From assembly GCF_004376175.1 (NCBI RefSeq), contig NZ_SNUY01000016.1:1-32000 (forward strand): 32,000 nucleotides of DNA. Direction: 5' to 3'. The position numbers and the translations under genes are program-made. Shown here one piece after another: positions 1-9,603 of this stretch; position 1 is the stretch's first letter, and the number at the start of each line of letters is the position of its first letter. Under the pieces are notes generated by a model that searched no databases, was not told the origin of the DNA, and worked only from the letters and a program-made list of their open reading frames with translations. The DNA is from Halalkalibacterium halodurans (GTDB lineage Bacteria > Bacillota > Bacilli > Bacillales > Bacillaceae_D).

Positions 1-149
1 CTGGAATTGGGTGTTGTGGTAACCTCAATTATCTACAGAATTTAAGGGGGTGGCAATTTTTTTGCTTATAAAGCCCTCTAATATAGGATTTAATAACCTA
101 TTTTTATATAAAGTTTTGACAATACGGTAAAAGCAAAGGAGGGAAGGAC

Positions 150-557
150 ATGAAAGGTGCAGGAAAGTGGATATTTGGGATTCTACTAGTCATTATTGGA
201 GCGAATATGATCCTTGGCATGTTTAATATTCATTTAGGTGGGATCATCGGGCTCGTTCTCGGTGCCTTGCTCCTCTATTGGGGATATCAGCAGTGGCAAG
301 CGCGAGGAAAGCTTTCATTTGGTAGTGTGCTGTTGCTTGCGTTCGGTTCCATACTCGTCATGGGAGGTCTAGGGGGTGTCATCGGTCTTGCGGTTGCGAT
401 CCTCTTCATTTATTTCGGATATCGATTATTGAAAAAAAGCGATAATGACGAAGAACAGCCAATGGATGTCGCGTTAGAAAAGAGACCAACGACAAGAGCT
501 TACGACTCCATTGATGAAGAGTTTAACAAAATGATGAAAAAATATGATGAAGCATAA
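150..557 (+). CDS. liaI: LiaI-like small membrane protein (envelope stress, LiaH anchor)
   Basis: 135-aa ORF with SD AAGGAGGG ending 6 nt before the ATG. It has several hydrophobic segments and a C-terminal motif LFIYFGYRLLKK also found in the LiaF N-terminal domain. It is the first gene of a cluster ordered as in B. subtilis liaIHGFSR. Confidence 0.7.
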   Translation: MKGAGKWIFGILLVIIGANMILGMFNIHLGGIIGLVLGALLLYWGYQQWQARGKLSFGSVLLLAFGSILVMGGLGGVIGLAVAILFIYFGYRLLKKSDNDEEQPMDVALEKRPTTRAYDSIDEEFNKMMKKYDEA

Positions 558-571
558 GGGAGGAATTCATA

Positions 572-1234
572 ATGGTATTTGATCGTATGAAAAACTTAGT
601 GTTAGCGTCTATCCATGAAGGGTTAGATAAGTTGGAAGATCCAGAAATGATGCTAAATCAATACATTCGGAATGTACAATCAGAGATGGGGCGAGCAGAG
701 AAAGCGATCGAGGAACAAAAGAAGCTCCACGTTTCATTAGAGTGTGATTTAGAGGAAGCAAAGAGATTAATGAAGCGAAGAGAAGAGCAGGCAAAGGCGG
801 CGCTTAGTGCAGGGGAGGAGGAACTAGCAAAGAAGGCGCTTTATTCTAAAAAGAACGCAGCTGAACAAGTGGCTCGCTATGAAGCGCTCATGCAAAAAAG
901 TCATGATCATGTGTTGGAGTTGCGCCTCCAGCTCGAAGATTTAGAGAAGAAATATGAACAGCTTCGTGATAAAAAACGTGAGCTTTTGCTGCGCTCCCAG
1001 TCTATTAAAGCATTTGAACAGATGAAGAAAGCGCGCGCTACGTTTTCAACAGAAGGCTCTGAGCGTCAATTCCAGCGAATGGAGGAAAAAATTGAGGACA
1101 TGGAGCTTCGCGAAGCCGCTCGTGAAGGGCGGAGAGGATTTTCCGTTGACTATGACGAACAAGTGGAGCAGGAATTTTTAAACATGAAAAAATCCCTTGT
1201 AGATACTAAGGATGCATCAGAACAGGCGCAATAA
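572..1234 (+). CDS. liaH: PspA/IM30-family phage-shock-like protein LiaH
   Basis: 220-aa coiled-coil protein. The N-terminus, ASIHEGLDKLEDPEMMLNQYIRN, is typical of PspA/LiaH. It lies directly after liaI. Confidence 0.85.
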   Translation: MVFDRMKNLVLASIHEGLDKLEDPEMMLNQYIRNVQSEMGRAEKAIEEQKKLHVSLECDLEEAKRLMKRREEQAKAALSAGEEELAKKALYSKKNAAEQVARYEALMQKSHDHVLELRLQLEDLEKKYEQLRDKKRELLLRSQSIKAFEQMKKARATFSTEGSERQFQRMEEKIEDMELREAAREGRRGFSVDYDEQVEQEFLNMKKSLVDTKDASEQAQ

Positions 1235-1244
1235 GAAAAAGGAA

Positions 1245-1264
1245 GAGGGGCTCACGGGCCTCTC
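1245..1264 (+). terminator. GC-rich hairpin after liaH without a U-tract (possible partial terminator)
   Basis: GAGGGGC-tcac..-GGCCTCTC forms a 7-8 bp stem immediately after the liaH stop. No T-run follows. In B. subtilis a weak terminator after liaH separates liaIH from liaGFSR (recalled, not verified here). Confidence 0.3.
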
Positions 1265-1294
1265 TCCACTACTATAGAGGAGGGAGGAATAGAT

Positions 1295-2155
1295 TTGAAA
1301 AAAATAGCTGGCTTTATTCTTGTTTTCATTGGGGCGGTTCTATTCGTCCATCAAATAACCGATGCCCTTAGCTTCAAGCGTTCGGAATCAGCCGAAGAGA
1401 TAACCGTTCAAGTTGATGGGAAAGAGGAGCTTGTAGTCAAGGTTACAGCTGTGGATTTGCAGGTGTACCCGACACTAGACAATGAAGTTACAGCTTCACT
1501 TTCGGAAAACAATGAAAATGACTATCGGTTAGATGTGCAGGAAAGAGGCAATCGAATCGAAATTGAGATGAAGGAACCAAGGTTCCATCTGTTCTCATTT
1601 AATTTTAGAGCAAAGCCCACCCTAACAGTCTATGTTCCGTATGAGGAGATCGAGCGAGCGGAATGGCATACCGTATCAGGTCAAGTTTATATCGAAGGTG
1701 AACATGAGCTAGATCATTTAACCATCCGTACGGTTTCAGGTGATGTGTTTGCTGATTCTTTAAAGGGGAATCAGTTTCGCTTTCACAGCACATCTGGAGA
1801 CTTGGAAGTACAGACCTTGGAGTCGCTTGATACGTCAATGGAGAACGTCTCGGGCGATGTAACAATCCATGATTTTTCAGGTGACGTCAACGGGAAAACC
1901 GTTTCCGGAGATATAAGCCTCCACTTTGATCGTAAAAATGAACAGGTACAATTGCAAACTGTTTCCGGTGATGTTTATATAAGGATACCAGAGCCAGACG
2001 CTGCTCTGTCAGCAGAATCAATTTCTGGAACGATCGAGGTCGATGGACCGTTTGTAAATCAAAGCCGTCAATCACGTTCGTTTTCTGGTACAATAGGTTC
2101 TGGACAACATGAAGTGTACATTAAGACCACTTCAGGGGATATTATGATTTATTAA
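1295..2155 (+). CDS. liaG: LiaG-like membrane-anchored DUF4097 (beta-helix repeat) protein
   Basis: TTG start with SD GGAGGGAGG upstream and an N-terminal TM helix. The motif (V/T/F)SGD(V/I/L) recurs about 8 times, as in DUF4097/LiaG. Confidence 0.75.
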   Translation: MKKIAGFILVFIGAVLFVHQITDALSFKRSESAEEITVQVDGKEELVVKVTAVDLQVYPTLDNEVTASLSENNENDYRLDVQERGNRIEIEMKEPRFHLFSFNFRAKPTLTVYVPYEEIERAEWHTVSGQVYIEGEHELDHLTIRTVSGDVFADSLKGNQFRFHSTSGDLEVQTLESLDTSMENVSGDVTIHDFSGDVNGKTVSGDISLHFDRKNEQVQLQTVSGDVYIRIPEPDAALSAESISGTIEVDGPFVNQSRQSRSFSGTIGSGQHEVYIKTTSGDIMIY

Positions 2156-2176
2156 ACAGAGAAAGGAGCTAGGCGG

Positions 2177-2989
2177 ATGAAAAAGCAAACGCTTTTCGGT
2201 TTTATTATTGTTATCATCGGACTGTTGGTCGTCTTACAAGCGTTGCGTTTTTCCGTCAACATTTTTTTAGCTCCGATCGTTTTTTCCGCCATCGGTTATT
2301 TCTTTTACACGCGAAGTCATCGATTTTTGGCGATCGTCTTCGTTATTATCGCTGCCACAATCTTATTTGATCGCCTTTTTTCGTTTAATTTTATCGGGTT
2401 ACTAATCGCAGCTTTGTTTATTTATTACGGCTATAAAATGATGAAGACTAGCGATCACAAAAAAGAGCGGAAAGGAAGAGAAAAACGAAAAGCCACACAA
2501 AGGAAGGACAAGGAAGAAACAAACGCTCAAGCTTACTTCGAAGCCGAGGGGCAAGAGTTCCAACCAACAGATGTTGAATCAACAAGAAAAGGCAGGTCAA
2601 AGGAAGACATTATTGTCACTACATCATCGAGACGAAGCTTTATCGGTGATATTCATTACGTTTATGATCCCTTTGAATTGGATGATTTTACGATCTGGAA
2701 TGGGATTGGCGAGGTGAAAATCGATTTTTCTAAAGCGATGATTCCTGAAGGAGAGACCGTCATCATCATTCAACAGCTGATCGGAGAGATCAACCTTTTT
2801 GTTCCTGAGGATTTAGCAGTGTCTGTGCAAGGGACTTCATGGATTGGCGACGTATCGTTGTTTCAACGAAGACAAGGTGGCTTTTTTCAGACGTTGTCAG
2901 TGGCTACAAAAGATTACAAACAATCTCCGCGCAGAATTAAGCTCGTCTTATCGACGGTTATAGGTGAAGTGAAGGTGAGGGCTGTATGA
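2177..2989 (+). CDS. liaF: LiaF, membrane inhibitor of the LiaS kinase (YvqF family)
   Basis: Has an N-terminal multi-TM domain, a charged linker and a C-terminal DUF2154-like domain. Its stop overlaps the liaS start (ATGA). Confidence 0.8.
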   Translation: MKKQTLFGFIIVIIGLLVVLQALRFSVNIFLAPIVFSAIGYFFYTRSHRFLAIVFVIIAATILFDRLFSFNFIGLLIAALFIYYGYKMMKTSDHKKERKGREKRKATQRKDKEETNAQAYFEAEGQEFQPTDVESTRKGRSKEDIIVTTSSRRSFIGDIHYVYDPFELDDFTIWNGIGEVKIDFSKAMIPEGETVIIIQQLIGEINLFVPEDLAVSVQGTSWIGDVSLFQRRQGGFFQTLSVATKDYKQSPRRIKLVLSTVIGEVKVRAV

Positions 2990-4041
2990 AAAAAAGACGG
3001 CGCCTCGCCCAGTTGCAATGGCAGTTTATTCGCAATAGCTTGATCGTAAGTTTTTTTGCTGTTTTATTCACCGTTGTCATTATGACGTACGATGATATTG
3101 CTGGCCTTACAATGTTGTTTGACAAACAGATTGTTCGACTACCAATTATTGTTCCGATTTTGTTGTCGATGATCGCTATTGGTCTCATTGCCGGGATGAT
3201 GCAATCACTTCCGATTAAACGAAAGCTAGATCAAATTCTTCATGGTGTCCTTCTCTATGAGCGGGGCACGTTCTCCCATCAGATCGAGAGCGAAGGCGAG
3301 GATGAACTAGCCGAGTTAACCGATCGCCTAAATCGTATGGCTGAGCGAGTAGAGGAGCAGGTTGCCTCACTACAGCGCCTTTCATCAGAGCGAGCAAAGA
3401 TGCAAGAAACGGTGAAAAAAGCCGCAGTTACTGAGGAGCGGCAACGGTTAGCCCGTGATCTTCATGATGCGGTCAGCCAACAGCTGTTTGCCATCTCAAT
3501 GATGACGGCGGCAATTAAACAAAATTTGCACGAGGCAACGGAAGAAGTACAACAACAGATGGATGTTGTGGAGAAGATGGCGAATACGGCTCAGGCTGAA
3601 ATGAGGGCGCTACTCCTTCATCTTCGACCCGCTGAGCTGGAAGGAAAAAGCTTACAGCAAGGGGTCGAGTATTTACTTCATGAGTTAGAGCAAAAACAAG
3701 GGTTCAAAATTACGAAGCGACTTGAGCCGATGGACGAATTGCCTAAAGGAGTGGAAGATCAACTTTTTCGGATGCTTCAAGAGGCGATATCCAACATTCT
3801 GCGCCACGCTCAAGCTCATCATGTCGAAGTCCGTTTTTGGCAAACGGAGCGGCAAGTACGCCTTAAATTGATCGACGATGGTATCGGCTTTGATGTGCAA
3901 AAAGAAACCCACGGATCGTATGGACTTCAGACGATGCATGAGCGAATCAATGAAATTGGTGGCGTCCTTGATATTGTGTCGGCTCCGGGAAAAGGAACGC
4001 AGTTAGAGGCGAAAATTCCTATCACATGGAGAGGGGAGTGA
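2986..4041 (+). CDS. liaS: Sensor histidine kinase LiaS (HisKA_3 / NarL-partner type)
   Basis: Two TM segments, a HAMP-like linker, the H-box LARDLHDAVSQQLFA and an HATPase G-box DDGIGF...GKGT. Confidence 0.85.
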   Translation: MKKRRRLAQLQWQFIRNSLIVSFFAVLFTVVIMTYDDIAGLTMLFDKQIVRLPIIVPILLSMIAIGLIAGMMQSLPIKRKLDQILHGVLLYERGTFSHQIESEGEDELAELTDRLNRMAERVEEQVASLQRLSSERAKMQETVKKAAVTEERQRLARDLHDAVSQQLFAISMMTAAIKQNLHEATEEVQQQMDVVEKMANTAQAEMRALLLHLRPAELEGKSLQQGVEYLLHELEQKQGFKITKRLEPMDELPKGVEDQLFRMLQEAISNILRHAQAHHVEVRFWQTERQVRLKLIDDGIGFDVQKETHGSYGLQTMHERINEIGGVLDIVSAPGKGTQLEAKIPITWRGE

Positions 4042-4046
4042 AGAGT

Positions 4047-4676
4047 ATGATTAAGGTCGTATTGGTTGATGATCATGAGATGGTGCGAATGGGACTATCA
4101 GCCTATTTGCGCACGCAATCGGATATAGAAATTGTCGGTGAGGCAAGCGATGGCCATCAAGGTGTTAAGCTTGTCCAGGAAACGAAGCCAGACGTTGTCC
4201 TCATGGATTTAGTAATGGAAAAAATGGACGGTGTTCAAGCAACAGAAGCCATTATGAATACAACGGAAGGTGTGAAAGTTATCGTTTTGACAAGCTATAT
4301 TGATGATGAAAAAGTGTATCCTGTTATTGAGGCAGGAGCTTTTAGCTATTTGCTAAAAACATCATCTGCAAAAGAAATTGCAAGCGCTATCCGTGCTGCG
4401 GCCAATGGTGAGGCTGTCGTTGAAGCAAAAGTGACGAATAAAATGATGGAGCGGATGCGGTCGAGAAAAAAGGAGCTACATGAGGAGCTGACACCACGCG
4501 AATTGGAAGTGCTTCGCCTTATCGGAGAAGGAAAAAGCAATCAAGGAATCGCAGATGAATTGTATATCGGAATCAAAACGGTGAAAACACATGTGAGCAA
4601 CATTTTACATAAGCTTCAATTGGAGGACCGTACGCAGATTGCCGTTTATGCCCATCGGCATCGCCTCGTAGAGTAG
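4047..4676 (+). CDS. liaR: Response regulator LiaR (REC + LuxR/NarL HTH)
   Basis: Motifs MIKVVLVDDHEMVR...DVVLMDLVM, with C-terminal LTPRELEVLRLIGEGKSNQGIADELYIGIKTVKTHVSNIL. Start moved to the ATG at 4047, which has SD GGAGAGGGGAG upstream. The tracked start at 4026 overlaps liaS. Confidence 0.85.
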   Translation: MIKVVLVDDHEMVRMGLSAYLRTQSDIEIVGEASDGHQGVKLVQETKPDVVLMDLVMEKMDGVQATEAIMNTTEGVKVIVLTSYIDDEKVYPVIEAGAFSYLLKTSSAKEIASAIRAAANGEAVVEAKVTNKMMERMRSRKKELHEELTPRELEVLRLIGEGKSNQGIADELYIGIKTVKTHVSNILHKLQLEDRTQIAVYAHRHRLVE

Positions 4677-4705
4677 CGAGACTAGGACAAAACTAACCTA
4701 ACATA

Positions 4706-4752
4706 ATAAAAAAGGTTCGGATCATTATATTTGGATGACCCGAACTTTTTTT
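4706..4752. terminator. Bidirectional rho-independent terminator (copy 1 of a repeated palindromic element)
   Basis: A8-GGTTCGGATCAT-tatatttg-GATGACCCGAAC-T7 between convergent liaR and ORF 4756..5064. A near-identical copy lies at 13520..13562. Confidence 0.75.
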
Positions 4753-4755
4753 GTT

Positions 4756-5064
4756 TTATTCGTTGGATTGTCTGTTGTTTAATTGACGATTATGGTTTTG
4801 TCCTTTCGTAAGTTCACGGCCATGAAGGCAAGTCCTAATCACCTTCTCTTCAATCAACCCTATATAAAACTTGTTATTAAACTGTGTTTTGTCCCACCCC
4901 GTTTTTTTACTTAGCTTAACTTCAGTAAAGCATGTGAAAAATGTCAACAGCGTGTTTAAAGTCGGTAGCGGTAAGTTTGTATAAGGATCGATTGCTAGAG
5001 GATTTTCAAACGTTTTTTTAGTTGCGTGAAAATCAATGATTATGGATGGGAGAAATTTGTCCAA
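4756..5064 (-). CDS. Hypothetical protein, possibly a decayed or truncated gene
   Basis: 102-codon ORF in a visibly AT-rich segment. The only start is a TTG with no SD upstream, and there is no internal Met. I recognise no motif. Confidence 0.3.
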   Translation of the reverse strand: MDKFLPSIIIDFHATKKTFENPLAIDPYTNLPLPTLNTLLTFFTCFTEVKLSKKTGWDKTQFNNKFYIGLIEEKVIRTCLHGRELTKGQNHNRQLNNRQSNE

Positions 5065-5232
5065 ACTGTATAGAAGGAATTGGTTTTAATTCGTTTTAAG
5101 AACGTTTAACCCCTATTATAAAGCATAAGAGAACGGATTAGCTATATCAACAGTTAGCCCTGAGAATCATAAGACGTAGAGAAATTTTAAGTGAAAGTAT
5201 AAGTGCAACTACGGCTTTACTACCCTGTACAG

Positions 5233-5253
5233 GCTCGGCAATCGCCGAGTTTT
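5233..5253 (+). terminator. Compact GC hairpin plus UUUU in the pbpF leader (attenuator or terminator candidate)
   Basis: GCTCGGC-aatc-GCCGAGT followed by TTTT. It ends just before the pbpF SD AAAGGAG (5255-5260). Confidence 0.3.
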
Positions 5254-5271
5254 CAAAGGAGTGACGTTACC

Positions 5272-7431
5272 ATGTTACGAAAGTTAGCGGGTACTGCATT
5301 ACTTATCTTATCCTCCCTCCTTTTTGGTCTCATCATTTATTTAATCATTATTTATGCTGGTCAGTATGTCATTGATGAAGAAAAGCTTGTGATGAATGCG
5401 ACGACAACGTTAGTAGATACAAAAGGAAGTGTTGTTTCACGGTTATTCATTGAAGACCGTGAGCCCGTGTCGATACTAGATGTACCTGACCATGTGAAGC
5501 ACGCATTTATTGCGATCGAGGATGCGCGTTTCCATGATCATCAAGGAATCGATTTCCGCGCGATTGGCCGTGCCCTTTACCGAGACATGCTAGCTGGTGA
5601 AAAGCTAGAAGGGGGTAGCACAATCACCCAGCAATTAGTAAAGAATGCATTTTTAGATCATGAAAAAACATGGCTAAGAAAAACGAAAGAAGTTCTCATT
5701 GCGATGAACTTAGAGCGGCGTTACAGTAAGTCTGCTATTCTTGAATTTTACTTGAATCAGATCTACTTTGGCCATGGAGCATACGGAATTCAATCCGCTG
5801 CCAACTTGTATTTTGACAAAGATGTGTCAGACTTGACGGTGGAGGAAGGGGCGGTTCTTGCTGGATTAGCAAAGGCTCCGACCATTTACTCTCCGATTAT
5901 TGACCTTGAAAGGAGCAAGCAACGGCGCGATTTAGTTCTAACCGTTATGCAGCGTCAAGGTTTTATAACGGCGGAAGAAGCAGTACGTGCAAAGGGGAGA
6001 TTGATTCAATTAGACGTAAATGAACCTGCTGAGGAAGAGGCTTATTTAACGTACATCGACATGGTCATCGATGAGGCCGAATCTCAATATCATCTATCTC
6101 ATCAAGAGTTCATGACAGGTGGATATACAGTCGTTGTGCCGATAGACCAGGCGGTACAAGAAGTAGCGTTTACCCTTATACATGAAAAGAAGTACTATCC
6201 GAAAGGAAATGAAGATGCCCAATCTGCTTTTGTATTACTTGATGCTCGGACAGGTGGTGTATTAGCTGTACAAGGAGGGAAAGATTACGTGCGCCGCGGG
6301 TTGAACCGTGTAAATGTTCCACGTCAGCCAGGATCTACGTTTAAACCACTCGCTGTCTTTGCCCCCGCTTTGGAGGAAGGACGAGCAGAACCGTACTCGC
6401 TGCTCCGTGACGAATTGCGCACATATGATGGGTATGAACCGCATAACTTCGGCGATGAGTATGAGGAAGAGGTGACGCTCTATGATGCGATCACCCAATC
6501 TAAAAATGCCCCGGCTGTTTGGCTCCTAAACGAACTAGGAATTCCAACAGCTAAACAGTATTTGCAAAGACAAGGCTTTCAGCTAGACGATGAGGGGTTG
6601 GCGATTGCTCTTGGCGGGTTGCAGGATGGTGTCACCCCACTTGAGCTTGCTTCTGCCTATCAAGTATTTGCAAACGGCGGGAAAAAACGCGAGCCATATT
6701 TTATTGAAGCCATTTATAATCGCGAAGGAGAAAAAATGGCAGAGGTCGACCGAACGGAAACACAAGTCTATTCCCCACAAACGGCCTGGTCGATGACACG
6801 GATGCTCGAGTCGGTCGTGAGAGAAGGAACAGGAACATCCGCCCAAGGGATTGGTGCCTTAGCTGGAAAAACAGGAACCACGTCTTTTCCAGAGGTCGAA
6901 GGGGCAACGATGGATGCTTGGTTTGCGGGCTATACACCTGAAGCGGTAGGAACGGTGTGGATGGGCTATGATATTACATCAACCGAATCTTATTTAAAGG
7001 GAGGGAGCCGTTATTCGGCGAAGCTATTTCGCGACATCCTTTCTGAAGCGACACCGCAGCTTCGTGCTACAAACTTTTCAAAGCCTGACGATGTGGAGGA
7101 ACTAAACCCTCCTGTCCGTTTAGTAGACATCGATGATCTAAAAGCGACTTTTGCTATGGGAGGAACTGGGCTAATGAGCATCAAGCTTGAGTGGTCTGGT
7201 TCAGAAGATGAACGGCTACATTACTACATTTATGAGCGGCGGGGAGCGGAACGAACATACGTCGGTCGAACAGAGGGGACGGATCAATATTACATTCCAG
7301 CGATTAACGCCTTTTCCATGAATGATTATCAAGTCGTTCCGTATGATCCAACGACGAAGCGAAAAGGGGAGCCGTCCAATATTGCGGAAGTAGAATTTCG
7401 CTTCGGGTTTCATGAATCGGTAGGTGACTGA
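5272..7431 (+). CDS. pbpF: Class A penicillin-binding protein (GT51 glycosyltransferase + transpeptidase), PbpF-like
   Basis: GT51 motifs EDARFHDHQGID, GGSTITQQLVKN and RKTKE. Transpeptidase motifs STFK, SKN and KTGTT. N-terminal TM anchor. Start set at the ATG at 5272 (SD AAAGGAG). The symbol follows its position upstream of hemEHY as in B. subtilis (recalled). Confidence 0.8.
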   Translation: MLRKLAGTALLILSSLLFGLIIYLIIIYAGQYVIDEEKLVMNATTTLVDTKGSVVSRLFIEDREPVSILDVPDHVKHAFIAIEDARFHDHQGIDFRAIGRALYRDMLAGEKLEGGSTITQQLVKNAFLDHEKTWLRKTKEVLIAMNLERRYSKSAILEFYLNQIYFGHGAYGIQSAANLYFDKDVSDLTVEEGAVLAGLAKAPTIYSPIIDLERSKQRRDLVLTVMQRQGFITAEEAVRAKGRLIQLDVNEPAEEEAYLTYIDMVIDEAESQYHLSHQEFMTGGYTVVVPIDQAVQEVAFTLIHEKKYYPKGNEDAQSAFVLLDARTGGVLAVQGGKDYVRRGLNRVNVPRQPGSTFKPLAVFAPALEEGRAEPYSLLRDELRTYDGYEPHNFGDEYEEEVTLYDAITQSKNAPAVWLLNELGIPTAKQYLQRQGFQLDDEGLAIALGGLQDGVTPLELASAYQVFANGGKKREPYFIEAIYNREGEKMAEVDRTETQVYSPQTAWSMTRMLESVVREGTGTSAQGIGALAGKTGTTSFPEVEGATMDAWFAGYTPEAVGTVWMGYDITSTESYLKGGSRYSAKLFRDILSEATPQLRATNFSKPDDVEELNPPVRLVDIDDLKATFAMGGTGLMSIKLEWSGSEDERLHYYIYERRGAERTYVGRTEGTDQYYIPAINAFSMNDYQVVPYDPTTKRKGEPSNIAEVEFRFGFHESVGD

Positions 7432-7616
7432 TTTCTCGTCAATTTTATGACAGTTCTTCCGTACGTCTATACACGTTTCACTTCGATCTTTATAGTTAAA
7501 GGGGAGAACATACTTTCCTAGGTGGAAAGATTGAGAAGTAAGTCGTTGTAAATGATTTTTCGTTTAGGTTTCATTACAATAGGTAACGAATGTGTAAAGA
7601 CGAAAGGTGTGACGAA

Positions 7617-8651
7617 ATGTCTAATTCATTTAATGATACGTTTTTAAAAGCATGTAAAGGAGAAGTACACGACCATGTACCTGTTTGGTATATGCGTCAG
7701 GCGGGGAGGTCGCAACCAGAATACCGAAAGATCAAAGAGAAATATTCATTATTTGAAATTACGAAGCAGCCAGAGCTATGCGCATACGTCACGAAACTCC
7801 CAGTGGATCAATATAACAACGATGCGGCTATTTTATATAAAGATATTATGACACCCCTTCCGTTTATCGGCGTGGATGTGGAGATTAAGACAGGAAAAGG
7901 ACCTGTCATTGACAACCCGATTCAATCGTATGCAGATGTTGAGAGACTAGGCACCATTCAGCCAGAGGAAGATGTGCCATACGTACTTGACACGATTAAA
8001 CTGTTGCGAGAACAATTAACCGTTCCCCTCATTAGTTTTGCTGGAGCACCGTTTACCCTTGCTAGCTATATGATCGAAGGCGGTCCTTCAAAAAGTTACA
8101 ATAAGACGAAAGCGTTTATGTACGCAGAGCCGAAAGCTTGGCACTTATTAATGGACAAGCTCGGTGAAATGACAATTACGTATGTGAAGGCGCAAATTGC
8201 AGCCGGAGCGCAAGCGATTCAAATTTTTGATTCGTGGGTTGGCACGCTCAACGTTCAAGATTATCGCGTATTTGTGAAACCAGTAATGGAGCGTATCTTT
8301 AGCGAATTGCAAAAAGAAAAGGTGCCACTCATCATGTTTGGTGTTGGCGCTAGCCATCTCGTCAACGAGTGGAACGACTTACCGTTAGATGTTGTCGGGC
8401 TTGATTGGCGTTTGCAAATTAAGGAAGCACGGGAATTGGGGGTCACAAAAACGGTGCAAGGGAATTTGGACCCTGCGATCTTGTTGGCTCCTTGGGAAGT
8501 CATTGAAGCACGAGCTAAGGAGATTTTAGATCAAGGGCTGGAAACGCCGAACTTTATTTTTAACCTTGGGCACGGTGTTTTCCCTGAAGTTGAACCAGAT
8601 ACGTTAAAACGGTTAACTGCGTTTGTCCATGAATATAGTGCAAACAACTAA
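7617..8651 (+). CDS. hemE: Uroporphyrinogen decarboxylase
   Basis: Signature [15 protein letters not shown]. Start set at the ATG at 7617 (SD GAAAGGTG). Confidence 0.9.
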   Translation: MSNSFNDTFLKACKGEVHDHVPVWYMRQAGRSQPEYRKIKEKYSLFEITKQPELCAYVTKLPVDQYNNDAAILYKDIMTPLPFIGVDVEIKTGKGPVIDNPIQSYADVERLGTIQPEEDVPYVLDTIKLLREQLTVPLISFAGAPFTLASYMIEGGPSKSYNKTKAFMYAEPKAWHLLMDKLGEMTITYVKAQIAAGAQAIQIFDSWVGTLNVQDYRVFVKPVMERIFSELQKEKVPLIMFGVGASHLVNEWNDLPLDVVGLDWRLQIKEARELGVTKTVQGNLDPAILLAPWEVIEARAKEILDQGLETPNFIFNLGHGVFPEVEPDTLKRLTAFVHEYSANN

Positions 8652-8664
8652 GGAGTGGTATGGA

Positions 8665-9597
8665 ATGACAAAGAAAAAGATAGGGTTGCTCGTCATGGCC
8701 TACGGAACCCCGCGAACGAAAGAAGAAATTGAGCCATATTATACCCACATTCGCCATGGGCGGAAGCCATCACAAGAATTGCTAGATGACCTCACTGAAC
8801 GATACGAGGCGATCGGTGGCGTGAGCCCGCTCGCGAAAATAACCGATGATCAAGCGATTGCGTTGGAACAAAAGCTGAATGAGCTCTATGATGACATTGA
8901 GTTTAAATCTTATTTAGGTTTAAAGCATATCGATCCGTTTATTGAGGATGCTGTTGAGCAAATGAAAGAGGATGGCGTGCAAGAAGCTGTTAGTATCGTG
9001 CTTGCGCCTCACTTCTCGACATTTAGCGTGAAATCGTACAATGGGCGTGCTCATGAAGAATCAGAAAGGATTGGCGGACCAAGAATTCAAAGTGTCGAAA
9101 GCTGGTACGATGAGCCTCTCTTCATTCAATATTGGGTTGATCAGGTGAATGACACGATGGCCAAAATTGAAGATAAGGATAAGGCCTGTGTCATCTTCTC
9201 TGCCCATAGCTTACCGGAGAAAATAGTAGACTATGGGGATCCTTACCCACAGCAGTTGAAAGAGACAGCCGATTTAATCGCGAAGGAAGCAGGGATTACT
9301 AACTATGCGGTCGGCTGGCAAAGTGAAGGGAATACACCAGAGCCTTGGCTAGGACCGGATGTCCAAGACTTAACGAGAGACTTATATGAAACCCATGGCT
9401 ATACTTCTATGATCTATTGCCCAGTTGGCTTCGTTGCAGATCATCTTGAGGTTTTATATGACAATGATTATGAATGTAAAGTCGTAACCGATGAACTCGG
9501 CATTAAATATTATCGTCCAGGGATGCCAAATGCTAAGCCGGAATTTATCGAATGTTTAGCGACGGTGATTCAAAAAAAATTAGCTGAGAAAGAGTGA
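8665..9597 (+). CDS. hemH: Ferrochelatase (coproporphyrin ferrochelatase type of Firmicutes)
   Basis: [13 protein letters not shown]-terminus and ferrochelatase-like sequence throughout. Start set at the ATG at 8665 (SD AAGGAG). Second gene of the hemEHY order. Confidence 0.9.
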   Translation: MTKKKIGLLVMAYGTPRTKEEIEPYYTHIRHGRKPSQELLDDLTERYEAIGGVSPLAKITDDQAIALEQKLNELYDDIEFKSYLGLKHIDPFIEDAVEQMKEDGVQEAVSIVLAPHFSTFSVKSYNGRAHEESERIGGPRIQSVESWYDEPLFIQYWVDQVNDTMAKIEDKDKACVIFSAHSLPEKIVDYGDPYPQQLKETADLIAKEAGITNYAVGWQSEGNTPEPWLGPDVQDLTRDLYETHGYTSMIYCPVGFVADHLEVLYDNDYECKVVTDELGIKYYRPGMPNAKPEFIECLATVIQKKLAEKE

Positions 9598-9603
9598 ACG
9601 GCT

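Noticed and set aside
1-149. Search for a LiaR box and promoter upstream of liaI. The only symmetric element is ATAGG-N9-CCTAT at 83-101.
   Set aside because: The 5-bp arms are too weak. I could not find the GACT..AGTC-like inverted repeat I recall for LiaR. TTGACA at 115-120 is too close to the SD to be a functional -35 box. The true control region may extend left of the window.
4714-4725. GGTTCGGATCA in the repeated hairpins, which resembles a tRNA T-arm (GGTTCGAATCC).
   Set aside because: There is no acceptor, D or anticodon stem around either copy. The sequence simply forms the 5' arm of a long terminator stem.
5203-5271. N-terminal extensions in the ORF track. The tracked starts are 5203 pbpF, 7590 hemE, 8623 hemH, 4026 liaR, 18416 pheB, 18898 pheA, 21507 nifS, 23066 nadC and 28200 ruvA.
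   Set aside because: In each case a downstream start has a proper SD at 6-10 nt and yields the canonical family N-terminus. The extensions overlap the preceding gene or a terminator.
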